24,533 bases of DNA, taken from Vicugna vicugna (Eukaryota). Below are positions 9,539 through 20,914 of the stretch, piece by piece. The notes under the pieces are model-generated. The model ran no database searches and was not told the origin of the DNA. It saw only the letters and a program-made list of their open reading frames with translations. The DNA lies in the NCBI GenBank assembly GCA_013265495.1, contig MU057378.1:124001-148533 (forward strand), given 5' to 3'. Position numbers and translations under genes: made by a program. Position 1 is the stretch's first letter. Each line of letters begins with the position of its first letter.

Positions 9539-10132
9539 AGGCAAGAGGGTATTTTAATCAAGTGAGAAAGTGAAGCAAATAGCCCCCAGGCACCCCCCGC
9601 CACCCCCAGATCTCAGCTCCTCTGAGTGATGGGAGGGAGGTACCTTGTGGGGGGTGGAGAACAGCACATGGCAAGGCACAGAAGTGGGAAGGGAGAGAAG
9701 ACATTGAGAGAACCAGATTTGCTGGGATGCAGGTGTTCTGTAAGGGAGGATGGAATGGTCTCTGTCTCCCCTGCAGAAGCACCAGGAGGCCTGAAAATCC
9801 TCACAGCTGTGGGGGAGGGGGCAGCTGGGTTACGATGCTGCCAGAGAGAGAAGTGGTTGCCAGCTGTCCTCCCCACTTGCCCAAGCCCCATCTGTCCTTG
9901 CAGGCTAGATTCTTCTTAGCTGGGCAGCCAAGCAGCATCCATCTCTAGGTACCAATTGGTATCCTCTAATTTCCTAAGGGGCAAAAAATGCTACTTGAAT
10001 CAGGGAGCCAGAAACTCTGATCCCTTCAAGGGCCAAAGACACCGCAGTCTGGCATCTAGACTGCAATGACCTTGACCAAGAGCAGACCACTGAAAGGCCC
10101 AAGGGAAGCCTGCCCGGAGCTCACACACTAAC

Positions 10133-10560
10133 CAGTGAATCCCAAATCAGGAACTTGCAGAGGGAAAAAAAAAATGCACCTTCATTATCACTAATCTTTA
10201 ACAGCAGTATAGCATTTCCTTCTGTCACAAACCAAAGCAGTGTTAGCAGTATCTGTGACTTTGTCATTAAGAGAAAACCAGATACTATCATGTTACAGTC
10301 ATTGCTGTTCGTTCAAAGTATCACGTTATCACCATTTCAAAACTGGTTATTAGACCCTCCACTGAATCTTGTTATTAAATGTGTAAATAAAGAAGCAGGA
10401 AATTGTTTCAAAATATTTGGTCAACTGTATTTTATTTGAATTAGGCTCCTTTATCATCCTATGTATTTAATGTTACGCATTTCAGTGAGCAACCCTGAGG
10501 AAGGTCCACAGGCTTCCAACTGCCAAAGCGGTCCACGGCACCGAAAATTAAGGACCACTG
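10133..10560 (+). mobile_element. hAT-Charlie element (Charlie4a-like), internally deleted
   Basis: Termini CAGTG...CACTG; internal ttagcagtatctgtgactttgtca, ggttattagaccc..atcttgttatt, atcctatgtatt, aaggtccacaggctt..ctgccaaagcggtccacggcac match the recalled Charlie4a consensus. Confidence 0.8.
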
Positions 10561-10824
10561 GCCGTGAAGGTTTAGAAGTCAGACTCAGCACCAAACCTGA
10601 AATACAGAGGGGCACTTGCTCTGAATACAATGAAGGAGTCCAGAAGGTAACTGAGACAGGGGATGAGAGGGGCAACAGTTTCCCTCTAAGCATGTCATCC
10701 AAGAGTGGCGGCATTTTTTAAGGTAACACGTGATGCAATCCTTTTTAAGATTGTGATGGAAGGAATCAATAGGAATACAGGGTCTTGAGTCACAGAGAGA
10801 AGACAATCAAAGGTAGCATCTTTT

Positions 10825-11492
10825 TTCCTCAAAGAATTAAAAATAGACTTACCCTATGATCCAGCAATCCCTCTCCTGGGCATGGAGCTGGAGGGAACTC
10901 TAATTTGAAAAGACACCTGCACCTCAATGTTCACAGCAGCACTATTTACAATAGCCAAGACATGGAAGCAACCTAAGTGTCCATTGACAGATGGCTGGAT
11001 AAAGAAGTTGTGATATATTTATGCAATAGAATACTATTCAGCCCTAAAAAAGAATGAAATTATGCCATTTGCAGCAAGGTGGATGGACCTGGAGATCATC
11101 ATTCTAAGTGAAGAAAGCTAGAAAGTGAAAGAAAAATACCATATATCATTCATATGTGGAATCTGAAAAAAAAAAGACACTATGAACTCAACTACAAAAC
11201 AGAAACAGACTCACAGACATAGTAAACAATCTTACGGTTACCAGGGAAAGTGGGTGGGAAGGGATAAATTAGGAGTTCGGGATTTGCAGATACAAACTAC
11301 TATGTATAAAACAGATAAACAACAAGTCTTTACTGTATACCCCAGGGTTAACTTTATTCAATACCTTGTAGTAACCTGTAATGAAAAAGAAGATGAAAAG
11401 AAATCTGTGTATGTACATACATGACTGATACATGATGCTGGACACCAGAAATTGACACAACATTGTAAACTGACTATACTTCAATTTAAAAA
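10825..11492 (+). mobile_element. Camelid-lineage L1, 5'-truncated (ORF2 end plus 3'UTR)
   Basis: ccctatgatccagcaatccc...gggtgggaagggataaattaggagttcgggatttgcagatac...tgactatacttcaat-polyA; 16-bp TSD aaaggtagcatctttt (10809-10824) / aaatgtagcatctttt (11493-11508). Confidence 0.95.
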
Positions 11493-11918
11493 AAATGTAG
11501 CATCTTTTAAAGCATTTGCTTCCCTCTAAGTCAAAGGTCCTAGCCCTGCGTCCAGCCCAGCCCATCCCCTGGCTTCCCCTGGGCACACCTCTGACACAAC
11601 TGGTTTCTGCACTTGCTTCTCTCTAGCTGCTCTGGATGCGTATGAAGCCCCTGGATGGGGAGGGGCCCTGGGAGTGGCATCTTATGAACTGAAAGAGTTA
11701 GACCGTTAAGAACTCTGACACTTACACAGACCAAACATCCTTCAGAGAGAAGGGTGCTCTCTCAACTCATAATACCATGATTCTGAAGATGACTTGGCTG
11801 AAATCTTCCATGAAGCCAGCGAGATCTTAATTAGAGCTGTTCGCCTAAAAGGGAATTGCCAGATCAAGACAGGTTGGGAGAACTGTGATGCTGGGGTGGT
11901 GGGGATGTACACCAAACT

Positions 11919-11968
11919 GGTGTGAGGGGCACAGTGTGAGGTGCATGGTGTGAGAGGCATGGTGTGAA
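11919..11968. repeat. 14-bp minisatellite, about 3.5 units
   Basis: ggtgtgaggggcac / agtgtgaggtgcat / ggtgtgagaggcat / ggtgtgaa. Confidence 0.8.
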
Positions 11969-13697
11969 CGGAACCTCATCCTTTTCCCTTCGAATGTTGG
12001 ATCACCGCAGACCCTCCAGGCCTCCAGTTCCACTCAAGTGGAAATGGCATTGAGCTCTAAGTCTGGCACTGAGCTGAAGTCTGGCCTCAGCAGTGATTGA
12101 GGTACCAGCAGACGAGGAGAGGGAAGAGGAGGAAACGTCTGAATGAGGTGGGGGTGTGGGGCTACGGGTACCTGTGAGTTCGGCGGGGGAGATACTGTGA
12201 CATCCTTCCTCTGCCGACAGCAGGTGCGGGCAATGGCTGGAAGTAAGACAGACAAGCCGCTGAGGATTCTCAGAAATCAACGAGGAGGAACTATGGGGGT
12301 GGGGGAACCAGCTATACTGTCTTTGGTCAAGAAGTTAGAACCTTAAGAGAGAGAAATCTGGAAATTACCATAACTGTGGCCTCATTTCAGTAATGGATGG
12401 TCAAAGCCCACGACTTTTCCACTACACAGTCAGGAGGGGGTCAGTGCAGGCTATTGGCTCTGGGGACCCGTGCCAAAGAGGGAAAAGAGGACAGTTGATT
12501 TCGTGCTTAACTTAATGTCACCTGCCCCCCCACTCCACTTCTGAAGCAAAGCATCCAGCCTCCTTTTTGGAATCACAGCATAATGAAAACCTTATGCAAT
12601 GTACAACTGCTTGTTCCAGAGTTTCAAAAATCATAACATGGCAAACCCCTCAAATTGTCTCTTCTCACTTCTTCCTCAAGAGTTTCAAAAAATTAAATCC
12701 AACATTTGGGTTCTAGAATTTTCCAATTGAAGTCATAGTTTTGCAAAGATGTCAGAGCAGGAAGAACTTGAGGGGAACTTTAAGAAAGAGAATTCTTCTA
12801 GAGAGTAATTAAAAAAAAAGTGAATGACAAGTTTAGGTTAACAGAAACCAAGTTAAGTTCTATATCAGTCTTACTATGAGGTCCTCACTTATGAGAATAT
12901 CTAGTTAAGTAAATGCTCTTTTACGGTAATTGGCAATTAAACCCCAGAACAAGGCAGCAGCAAACAGCGAAGAATAAGGACAAACTTGATACCCAGAATC
13001 AGTCTTTCCACTTGAAGACTCCTGCGTTTTATTAGAAAGTGAGAACGTGGGAGATTAAGGAACAGGAGAAAGGGAAAAATGTAAAATAGTTTAACGTGTT
13101 CTTTAATAATTATGCCTTTTCAAAGAGAAGAAAGCTCAAGCCTCAATATTGAGAAAAGCAAACGTGAGATCATTCCTGTTTCAGTAGAAATTCTCCCTGA
13201 ATCCCTCACCCAACAGCGTTACTTGAGAATTTAGCTGAATGCTTTCTATGCCTTGGGAGCTGTGAACAATGGCAACAAGGAGAGTAAATAATAATTCCAG
13301 GTCCTTTAACTTTCAAAACACAGTAACATGATACTTCCCAGTTGATATTAACAAATTTAACTTGTCTGATACTTTCAGTGGAAGAACCTAACATCGTCCT
13401 GGTACTGCTTGTGAGTGAGACGGCTTCGGACAAGAAAAGAAGAGGCTCGTTTTTTACGTTTCTCCCTGTTTGTATTGCTCCGAGGGCAAGGAGAGCTGTT
13501 ACTGTCAGGGTCTCATCCGTTGACAGAGAGAAAGCCCACGACCGTCGGGAGGGTTGTGCCCACCGCGTCTGCTGGCCTCCCATCTGATTGGTAGGGCCCC
13601 CGCCCATCTCCACATTAGGACCTCCATCCTGCCCAGGATACGCCCCATCTTACAACACAGACTTTCACGTTGGACCAGGGAGAGGCTTTTCATTCTA

Positions 13698-14088
13698 CAG
13701 TGCAGTGTAAACAACACTCGTTTGGGAGTCTGGAGGTCCGGGATCTAATCCACCCTCTGCCACTAGCAGCTGTGTGACCGTGGGTGGTGACCAATTTCCT
13801 CATCTGTCAGATGAAGAGGATGGACTCCATCAGGGATGGCAAACTTACTCTGTAAAGAGCCACATAAGAAAGATTTGGGGCTCTGAGGGCCACGTGTTCT
13901 TTGTCCAGCTACTCAAATAAAAGCAGCCACATATATTCATATTCAAGGAAGTGTGCCTATGTCCCAATAAAACTTTATTTACAAGAACAAGGAGCAGGCT
14001 GAATTTGACCCAAGAGCTGTAGAGCTGTAGTCTGCCCACGCCTGGACAGGATGACTCCTTCCACCTCTTCTAGCTCTGAAATTCCATA
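13698..14088 (+). mobile_element. MIR3/MIRc split by a MER58A insertion
   Basis: ttgggagtctggaggtccgggatctaatcc..ctctgccactagcagctgtgtgacc..tttcctcatctgt..ggatggac, resuming after 14044 as gatgactcc..tcttctagctctgaaattccat. Confidence 0.75.
13831..14044 (+). mobile_element. MER58A (hAT-Charlie MITE)
   Basis: cagggatggcaaacttactctgtaaagagcca...tgtcccaataaaactttatttacaagaacaagg..caggctgaatttgaccc..tgtagtctgcccacgcctg; degenerate 8-bp TSD gactccat / gacaggat. Confidence 0.88.
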
Positions 14089-14654
14089 AATGAGGTCGGC
14101 AGAGTTAGTCCTAATGAGATAGGCCTGCGATGTCCAGGAAGAGCCTGTGGATTGGTCCAAAAGATCTGAGGGCCACTCAGAATGCTTTGATGGTCTCTGA
14201 GCCAATAAATCTTCCCACATCTGACAGTGCAATAAGGCAAGAAAAATAAACATTCTAAGCTTTGACAAGGAAGTAATAAAAACTGTCATTAATTGTGGAA
14301 GATACGATGTGTGTTCACAGAGAGAGAGAAAGAGAAATTATCAGGATAAGTAAGCATCAGCTGGTCAGCTATCTATTCACCTTGGATCCATTCCATTTCT
14401 CTCCTGTCCTGTATGGACTGAAGGGAATACAATTTTGCAATCTCTCTTGCCCTCTGGTTCCTACATTCATTCAGCCAACGGAAGGCGTTGGCTGAATATT
14501 AGTAGGAGGTGGGGACTGGAACAGGGTCTTTTTCTCTCTCTGCTTCATGGGACATCTCAGGGAACTACTGATTCTTTCCAGGTTCTGTAGCACACACTGT
14601 CTCTGGTTCCACTTCTGCTGCATAATGCTGGTCTCTGGGTTCAATAATACTACT

Positions 14655-14660
14655 AATTTT

Positions 14661-14699
<39 letters not shown>

Positions 14700-15162
14700 T
14701 GGAATACTACTCAGCCATAAAAAATATAAAATAATGCCATTTGTAGCAACATGGATGGCCCTGGAGAATGTCATTCTAAGTGAAGTAAGACAGAAAGAGA
14801 AAGAAAAATACCATATGACGTCACTCATATGTGGAATCTTAAAAAAAAGACAAATGAACTTGTATATGAAACAGAAACAGACTCACAGACATAGAATACA
14901 GAGTTGTGGTTGACAGTGGAGAGGGTGGTAGGCAGAGATAAACTGGGAGTTCAAGATTTGCAGATACTGACTGGTATATATAAATAGATAAACAAGTTTA
15001 TACTGTATAGCACAGGGAAATATATTCAATATCTTATGGTAGCTCACTGTGAAAAAGAATATGAAAATGAATATATGTATATTCATGTATGACTGAAGAA
15101 TTTTGCTATACACCAGAAATTGACACAACATTGAGTCAATAAAAAAATCAGTAATAAAAAAA
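14655..15162 (+). mobile_element. Camelid-lineage L1 3' end
   Basis: tggaatactactcagccataaaaa..ataatgccatttgtagcaacatggatgg..tgggagttcaagatttgcagatactgac..caccagaaattgacacaacattg, A-rich tail; short TSD aatacta (14646-14652 / 15163-15169). Confidence 0.93.
14662..14697. repeat. (GT)18 microsatellite
   Basis: Perfect dinucleotide run. Confidence 0.98.
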
Positions 15163-16207
15163 AATACTATCTTCTTTTTGAATTCTTCCAGTCTAGACAT
15201 GGAAACAGCTTACTGTTTTGTTTTGTTTTGTTTTTTATCATTTGGGTCACCCCATTAATTCTCTTCTTTCAAGTCTCAGTTCCTCTATCACCTGTTATAA
15301 ACCCTTTATATTAAGTTCTGTCTGTATAAAATACTTGGACTAGTTTCTGTTTTCCTGGCTGGAAAACAAGTTGCTATGTAATACAAAAACAATACACAAA
15401 AATTAACTTAGCTTCTCTGTAACAGCCACAAACAATTAGAAAATGAAGTTTAAAAAAGATACTATTTGCAATAGCATCAAAAATATAAAGTGCCTAGCAA
15501 TAAAACTAATGAAAAATATGACAATCTTCCACACAGAAAACTGTAAAACACTATGAGGAGAAATTGGAAAATCTAAATAAAGAGGGAATTATTTTTATAA
15601 GAAACATACAAGCACTAACTATAAAAGAAAATATTGATAAATTAGGCTGTAATAAATTTTAAGGCTTCTAGCCATAAAAATACATGATTAAGACAGGGGG
15701 GAAAAGCCATAAAGTAGGAAGATATATAGATATAGATACAGATATATATATACACACACACATACCTACATATGAGGATTTTTTATAATAAGGAATATTA
15801 CACACAGTATGGTTAAAATTTAAAAGATTGACAGAACCTAAGGTTTGCAACTCTATGAAACAACAGAAATCCCATGAACTGCTGGTGGAAGTGTAAATGA
15901 GCGCATCAACGTCTAGAAAACACTTTATCATTGTGTCCTGAAGCTGAATGTACGTATGCCACATTTCCCAGCGATTCTGATCCTGGACGTATTCCATGAT
16001 TCTGACAACAGAAATCAGGCATGTGCCCCAATGGAAGACATCAGTTCTGAAAGCCAAAGCCAAGGTGCAGCCGAGAAGTCCATCAACAGTAAATGGATAA
16101 ATAATAAACTCACACAGTAGAGCAGCACACAGCTGTGAAAATAAACAAAAGAGTTACGTACAACGAGGTGAGTAAATCTCTCCAGGTAAGGTCAAGCAAA
16201 AGGAGCC

Positions 16208-16360
16208 TGTTCTGGACACGCTCCACGTGCCCCTCCAGATCTGGTCTCCACCGTTCTCCACCCACTCCCGTGGCCAGCGTGGATTTCTTCACATGGGCCA
16301 CCTGCCTTCTGGCTTCTGCTGGGATCTCACCAGTAAGAAGAGGCAGGTGGGAGGGCAGGC
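16208..16360 (+). mobile_element. LTR33-like fragment
   Basis: gcccctccagatctggtctccaccgttctccaccc...cctgccttctggcttctgctggg. Confidence 0.6.
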
Positions 16361-17744
16361 TATCAGTTAATTGGTGGGAAGGGAGGGAGATGTGATTGGA
16401 AAAGAACAAGTGAGGGCCTTCTGGGTTGCTGGCAATGCTCTATTTACCTGGGTGATGTTTAATACTCTTTGTCTTACAATAAGTTGTTAAGCAGTACCTT
16501 TATGCTTTACGTATTTTTACAGTATGCTTGTCATTGTTCATGATAAAAACAGCTCAGAGAAAAATAAAATAAGGGGGAAATTGTATTTGATGGCATTTAA
16601 TGCATCCCATTAAATGAGCATCTCTTTTAAGAACATAGGTGTCAAGTGTATCATTTAATCAACCTCACACAGTTCAGAGAGAAAAGCAGAAATCAGGACT
16701 GTTGAAAACTCAGTTTCCTCTGATGGTACTGAGATTGAACCAGGATATTCGTTTACAAGCCTGCAGGTGTTCTCATTGGCTCAGAGGGGAATAGAACGAA
16801 AGGCAAGAACACAGGGAACTAGACAGACTGCAAGAGGGCACACTGAGCATGAAAAGGGAGTCCAAAAAAAGATTTTGGAAATACCCAAAATCAAGTGTAG
16901 TGTTGCAAAGGCACGTGGATGCAAAAGGGTCCAAACAAATGTATGCTTACATCTGGCCTTGAGTTCTTAACGTGGAAACAATTTCATTTGATGTTTCCTT
17001 TTGGTAATTGACTTCTGGATAATCCTCATGAAATCTCAATGATTGAGATAGGTAGGTAGGAAATACATAATGTTTTCTTGCCCAGAACTATAAAAGAAAA
17101 TGCTTAACAAACAAAGGTTATCACAATACAGTCTGGGTTCAGTGTGTTTTCTAGCCAGCAAGCACATTCCTTCCCCAAATTAAAAGCAAAATGCAAAATT
17201 TCTGGAAAATAAATGTAGATCATGGGAGGAACACAGACTGATTGAGTAGCGGTGTGATCTACCATGGGGAGGAACTACAGACACTAATCTATGCTGCTGT
17301 GCACAGTCTAATGAACCAAGAGACACTCTCTCTCGGAGAGTCTCAAGAAGTGCCCGTTAGCCTGAAAACTCATTATAAAACTTAAAAATAACAAAACACG
17401 GTTGAGCATTAGAGGAGCTTCTCTGGTGTAGATAACGTAGAATCCATTTCATCACTGGATGAGGGCTCGGTTCATAGCTTCGTCAGGAGGAAATCCTCCT
17501 GCATTCTTTAGAGGGGTTTGAATCCTGTGGTCAGAGCACCGAACTGGAATGGTCTCGATTTTTTTTTTTCCATTAAGCCAAGGTGTTACAGGATGTAGCA
17601 TTTTCCATGAGGGAATATTTTGTCATATTCCTTGGATGATTCCAAGAGAACTAAACTGCATTCAGGCTTTTAAAATTCTGTATAGCAATCTAACCTCCAC
17701 CTGAAATGCCAGATTTCTTTTTCACTGACATTTGTCTGTTTGGA

Positions 17745-17950
17745 TTTTTTTAAATGTTAAAGTTGATTTATTTTCGGAATAGATAGCATTTGTACATGTT
17801 AGAGAACTCAAATGCACACGGTGTTCTGTGTAAAACTTCCCTCCCATGCCTCTTCCCAGGCAACTGGCTCCCAATCCATGAGCCGTCAAGAGCCATCTTG
17901 GATTCCAGCCCTCAGCCTCCCCCTCCCCACCCTGAGGGAATAACATTGGA
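17745..17950 (-). mobile_element. Old L1 (L1MC4/L1ME-like) 3' fragment
   Basis: gtacatgttagagaactcaaatgcacac..gtgtaaaacttccctcccatgcc..ccctgagggaataacattg approximates the reverse 3'UTR consensus. Confidence 0.45.
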
Positions 17951-18584
17951 AGGACCTTACTTGCCTCTTTACAGACAAACAAACCCAGAGAGGCCCCCAG
18001 CAAGATTAGGAGATACACCATTTCACAAGAGCAACAAAGGCTTAAATCAGCTGGCCAGCCTGGTGTGGCCACTGCGTCACCATGGTCCCCAAGGGCTGGC
18101 CCTTTGTAGCATCACAGAGAGGTCAAGGTCTTTCTCAATTCCTGAACCCATCCTAGGAGGGTTTTTCCATCAGCCAAGACCTTGTTCTATTTATCCAGTG
18201 TGTTGCCCTATTAGCAAAGATGTCACTCTCCCCTACACAATTAACCGAGAACCATTTATAGACATTCCACAAAGTTCCACAGGATCGGTGTTTGCCAATA
18301 TGGTTGCCCTGGGCGTACTATACGTCTGAAATTTTACCTTCTTCACGTGGCACAAATTAACAATTTCATGATGTAATGTGAAGTCTATTTCGTAAACCAA
18401 TCATATGGATCTTTTGGTATGATTGACCTTATTTTCCTTCAAGACCTTCATACTTCAAGAAGAAAGAGAAAGGTGACAGACTGAAATGGGGTGAAATCTG
18501 ACTGACTGTTTAGGGTTCACCAGTCATTGCTCAAGAATGGTTCTCAAGACTCAGGACGCAAAGAAGATAATCTGGACTTCTCAA

Positions 18585-18720
18585 AGGGTACCCACCAAAG
18601 AGCAGTAATCATTTCCTCGGGGCTGAGAAAGGACGACTGAGGATGTATTTTGCATTCTTCTTGCCTGTCTGCATTTTTCCCAAATAAATGTACAACGCTT
18701 CTGCAATGTGAAGAAATTAT
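18585..18720 (+). mobile_element. Old L1ME/L1MC 3' end, very decayed
   Basis: agggtacccaccaaa..tttgcattcttcttgcctgtctgcattttt..aataaatgtacaacgcttctgcaat. Confidence 0.4.
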
Positions 18721-20280
18721 AAGCTGTTATACTATATAAGAAGCTAATGTTCCCATTTACAGACAGCAAAACCAACGCAGCGACAGCCTACGTGACTGTG
18801 CCATTGCTCCTCCGAGATTCAGGAGGAAAATGGAATTTCAAGTGGGGTCCTCCAGGTCCCAGTCTATCTTTTAGCCCACTGACTTTGCTGTCATCTTTTA
18901 TAAGAGCGTTGTGTCTTGAAAGCATCCCTCGAAGACACCGCTGAGTTTAATACCTTAGAAAAACCGATCAAACATAATGACTTCGATAGAGATCATTTCA
19001 CATTACTTTTACCAATCTATTTTTCTTGGTTCACGTGCTCAGAAATGTCTAACTTTTCCCAATGACACTGTTCACACTGATTCTAGTTTTTAACAACACA
19101 GGCAAAGATTTAAGCTGATCGTCTATGAGGCGAAAAGAAAATGACAGTAGAATTCAACTCTCCAGGATGGACAGAGAATATGCAATACATCTCCCTGTCA
19201 GGAACCATCAGTATTGCGTTACCCAGCAACCACTGCGGCAGCTCAAGGGGGCGCCCTGGCCACTTTGTGAGGTCCTCGGAGTAATCTCTCTCCTCTCCCT
19301 CCACCACCCCACCCCAACTCATCTCCAGTCTATTTTTTGTGGCTATTAAGGTTGTCAATATAAGTGGCTTCAGAGCCCTGAAGTGTGAATTTCATGGGGA
19401 AGAGAAATAGGAAATATGGAATTCGGAATTTCAAGAGAATAGAGGATTCTGATGACATATTTAGTCTATTCCCCTCACGGACAAGACATAAAAAAGGCCA
19501 ACACTTTGAACTCATTAAAAAGTGGTGGGCTTTGTTTCTTAAGAATTTGTAAAGCCCTTTGTCTAGTTGACCTAATCCTTTTTTCCAGGACAAAGGAGTT
19601 GGAGTGGAACTGGGGTCCCCTCAGGGAGGATAGAGGAAGGGGGCCCTGTAAGTGCTGGTGACTTGCTCTCACTCTGTCAGCCCCGTTCATTAGAGCTGCT
19701 GTCTCCCCTCAAATGTAAGTGTTCCACTTCCTCCAGGTCAAGTTTCCCATGAGATACAATCTGTCTCTGGTCCCTGGAGCAACTGGCCTGCCCCGTGAAT
19801 CCAGAGACTGGAGGAAAATGGATCAAGCTAGGATGGCGCATTGGCCCTTCCACCTGCCAGGAAGCCAGGCATTAGGTCCTAAGGGGCAAGTCAACAGGAC
19901 AGTTTGGAGGTGATGAGTCAGAGATGTCCATCGGGTCCCAAGGAAGAGATGCGAGTGAAACATTCAACCAAGAACATTGTGCTGGCCTGAGTATGGAATG
20001 GAGCCAAGAATCCAGGGCAGGAGAAGACTGGAGCAGAGCTGGTCGGAGATGGTGTATAAAACATCTGTGCAACTTTGGATCATGGAGTCCACTGCTTGTC
20101 TTTAACTTAGCCGTGGACAGAATACCCAGGGTTTCACCTGCCTGGCTTAAAGCAGATGCTACTATTTGTAAGAATGTCCTCTGTCTCCCTCTCAAAAGCC
20201 AGTAGGAGTTGCTGGACCAAGTTCTATGCAAAATGAAGTACAATTCATTACCCGGAATTCTACTTTCTCTCTCCTTCCCG

Positions 20281-20470
20281 TGTGTCTCAGTCAAGACTCT
20301 TGGTTAAAAGCAATGGAAATTGACACTGGTGCTAAAGCAAAAAAAAAATATGATTATCCATAGAAGTGTTGGATGGGAGGCCTGGAGAGCGAGGCCAAGG
20401 AGGAGATTGGGCACAGTGTCCAAACCGTCATGCAGCGGGCCTAGTAAAGAGCAACCCCACTCAGTGACCA
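20281..20470 (-). mobile_element. Ancient MaLR LTR fragment (MLT1K-N type)
   Basis: tgtctcagtcaagactcttggttaaaagcaatggaaattgacactgg..aagcaaaaa. Confidence 0.55.
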
Positions 20471-20471
20471 A

Positions 20472-20913
20472 GTAGGAAAAACTACTTGCAACTTTTTCAT
20501 AAACAAAGGGTTAATGTCCTTCATATATACACAGATCATCTGGAAACAGAGAAGAGGCCAATAACACTTCTAAGAACATGATATGTAATAAAGATGTGAA
20601 CTGAGAGATCAGAGGGGAAATGTGAGTGGCTCCTGACCACACGAAAAGATGTTTAACCTCATTCATAATAAGAGCAAAGCAAGTTAAAACTACACCATAA
20701 AAAAAACAGCCATAAAAAAAAGAATAAAATTCTGCCATCTGCAACAATTTCCAAGTCCAGTGGATGGACTTGGAGGGTAGCATGAAATTAGTGAAATAAG
20801 GCAAGAAAAAGACAAATACTGTATGTTACCTCTTATAGGCAGACTCTAAAAAGTAAAACAAATTAGTGAATATAGCAAAAAAAGAAACAGACTCACAGGT
20901 GTAGAAAACAAAC
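20472..20913 (+). mobile_element. Two abutting L1 fragments (old ORF2-end piece to about 20700; younger 3'UTR piece about 20708-20913, truncated at its 3' end)
   Basis: gaaaagatgtttaacctcattcataataagag..aagttaaaactaca; then cagccataaaaaaaagaataaaattctgccat..aaagaaacagactcacaggtgtagaaaacaaact. Confidence 0.85.
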
Positions 20914-20914
20914 T

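Larger units (their letters stand above)
14352..15380 (+). mobile_element. ERVL solo LTR (LTR41/LTR33 family), split by an L1 at 14655-15162
   Basis: tctcttgccctctggttcc..ttcagccaacggaaggc (5' part) and tattaagttctgtctgtataaaatacttggactagtttctgttttcctggctgga (3' part). Confidence 0.7.
14222..16550 (+). mobile_element. Fragmented old L1ME-type element (ORF2 pieces to 3' end) hosting younger inserts
   Basis: cagtgcaataaggcaagaaaa (SAIRQE) at 14225; resumes about 15385 (aatacacaaaaattaa..aaacaattagaaaatgaa..tttgcaatagcatcaaaaa); 3' end gagggccttctgggttgctggcaatgctctattt at about 16410-16550. Confidence 0.8.

Noticed and set aside
17790..18329. Longest ORF in the window (179 aa)
   Set aside because: Begins at a non-ATG codon inside an old L1 remnant, has no recognisable domain, and has no supporting splice structure.
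18338..18452. Minus-strand exon candidate (pyrimidine tract ...gaag| to AAG|gtaaaa)
   Set aside because: Stops in all three frames and weak splice sites; not supportable without RNA data.
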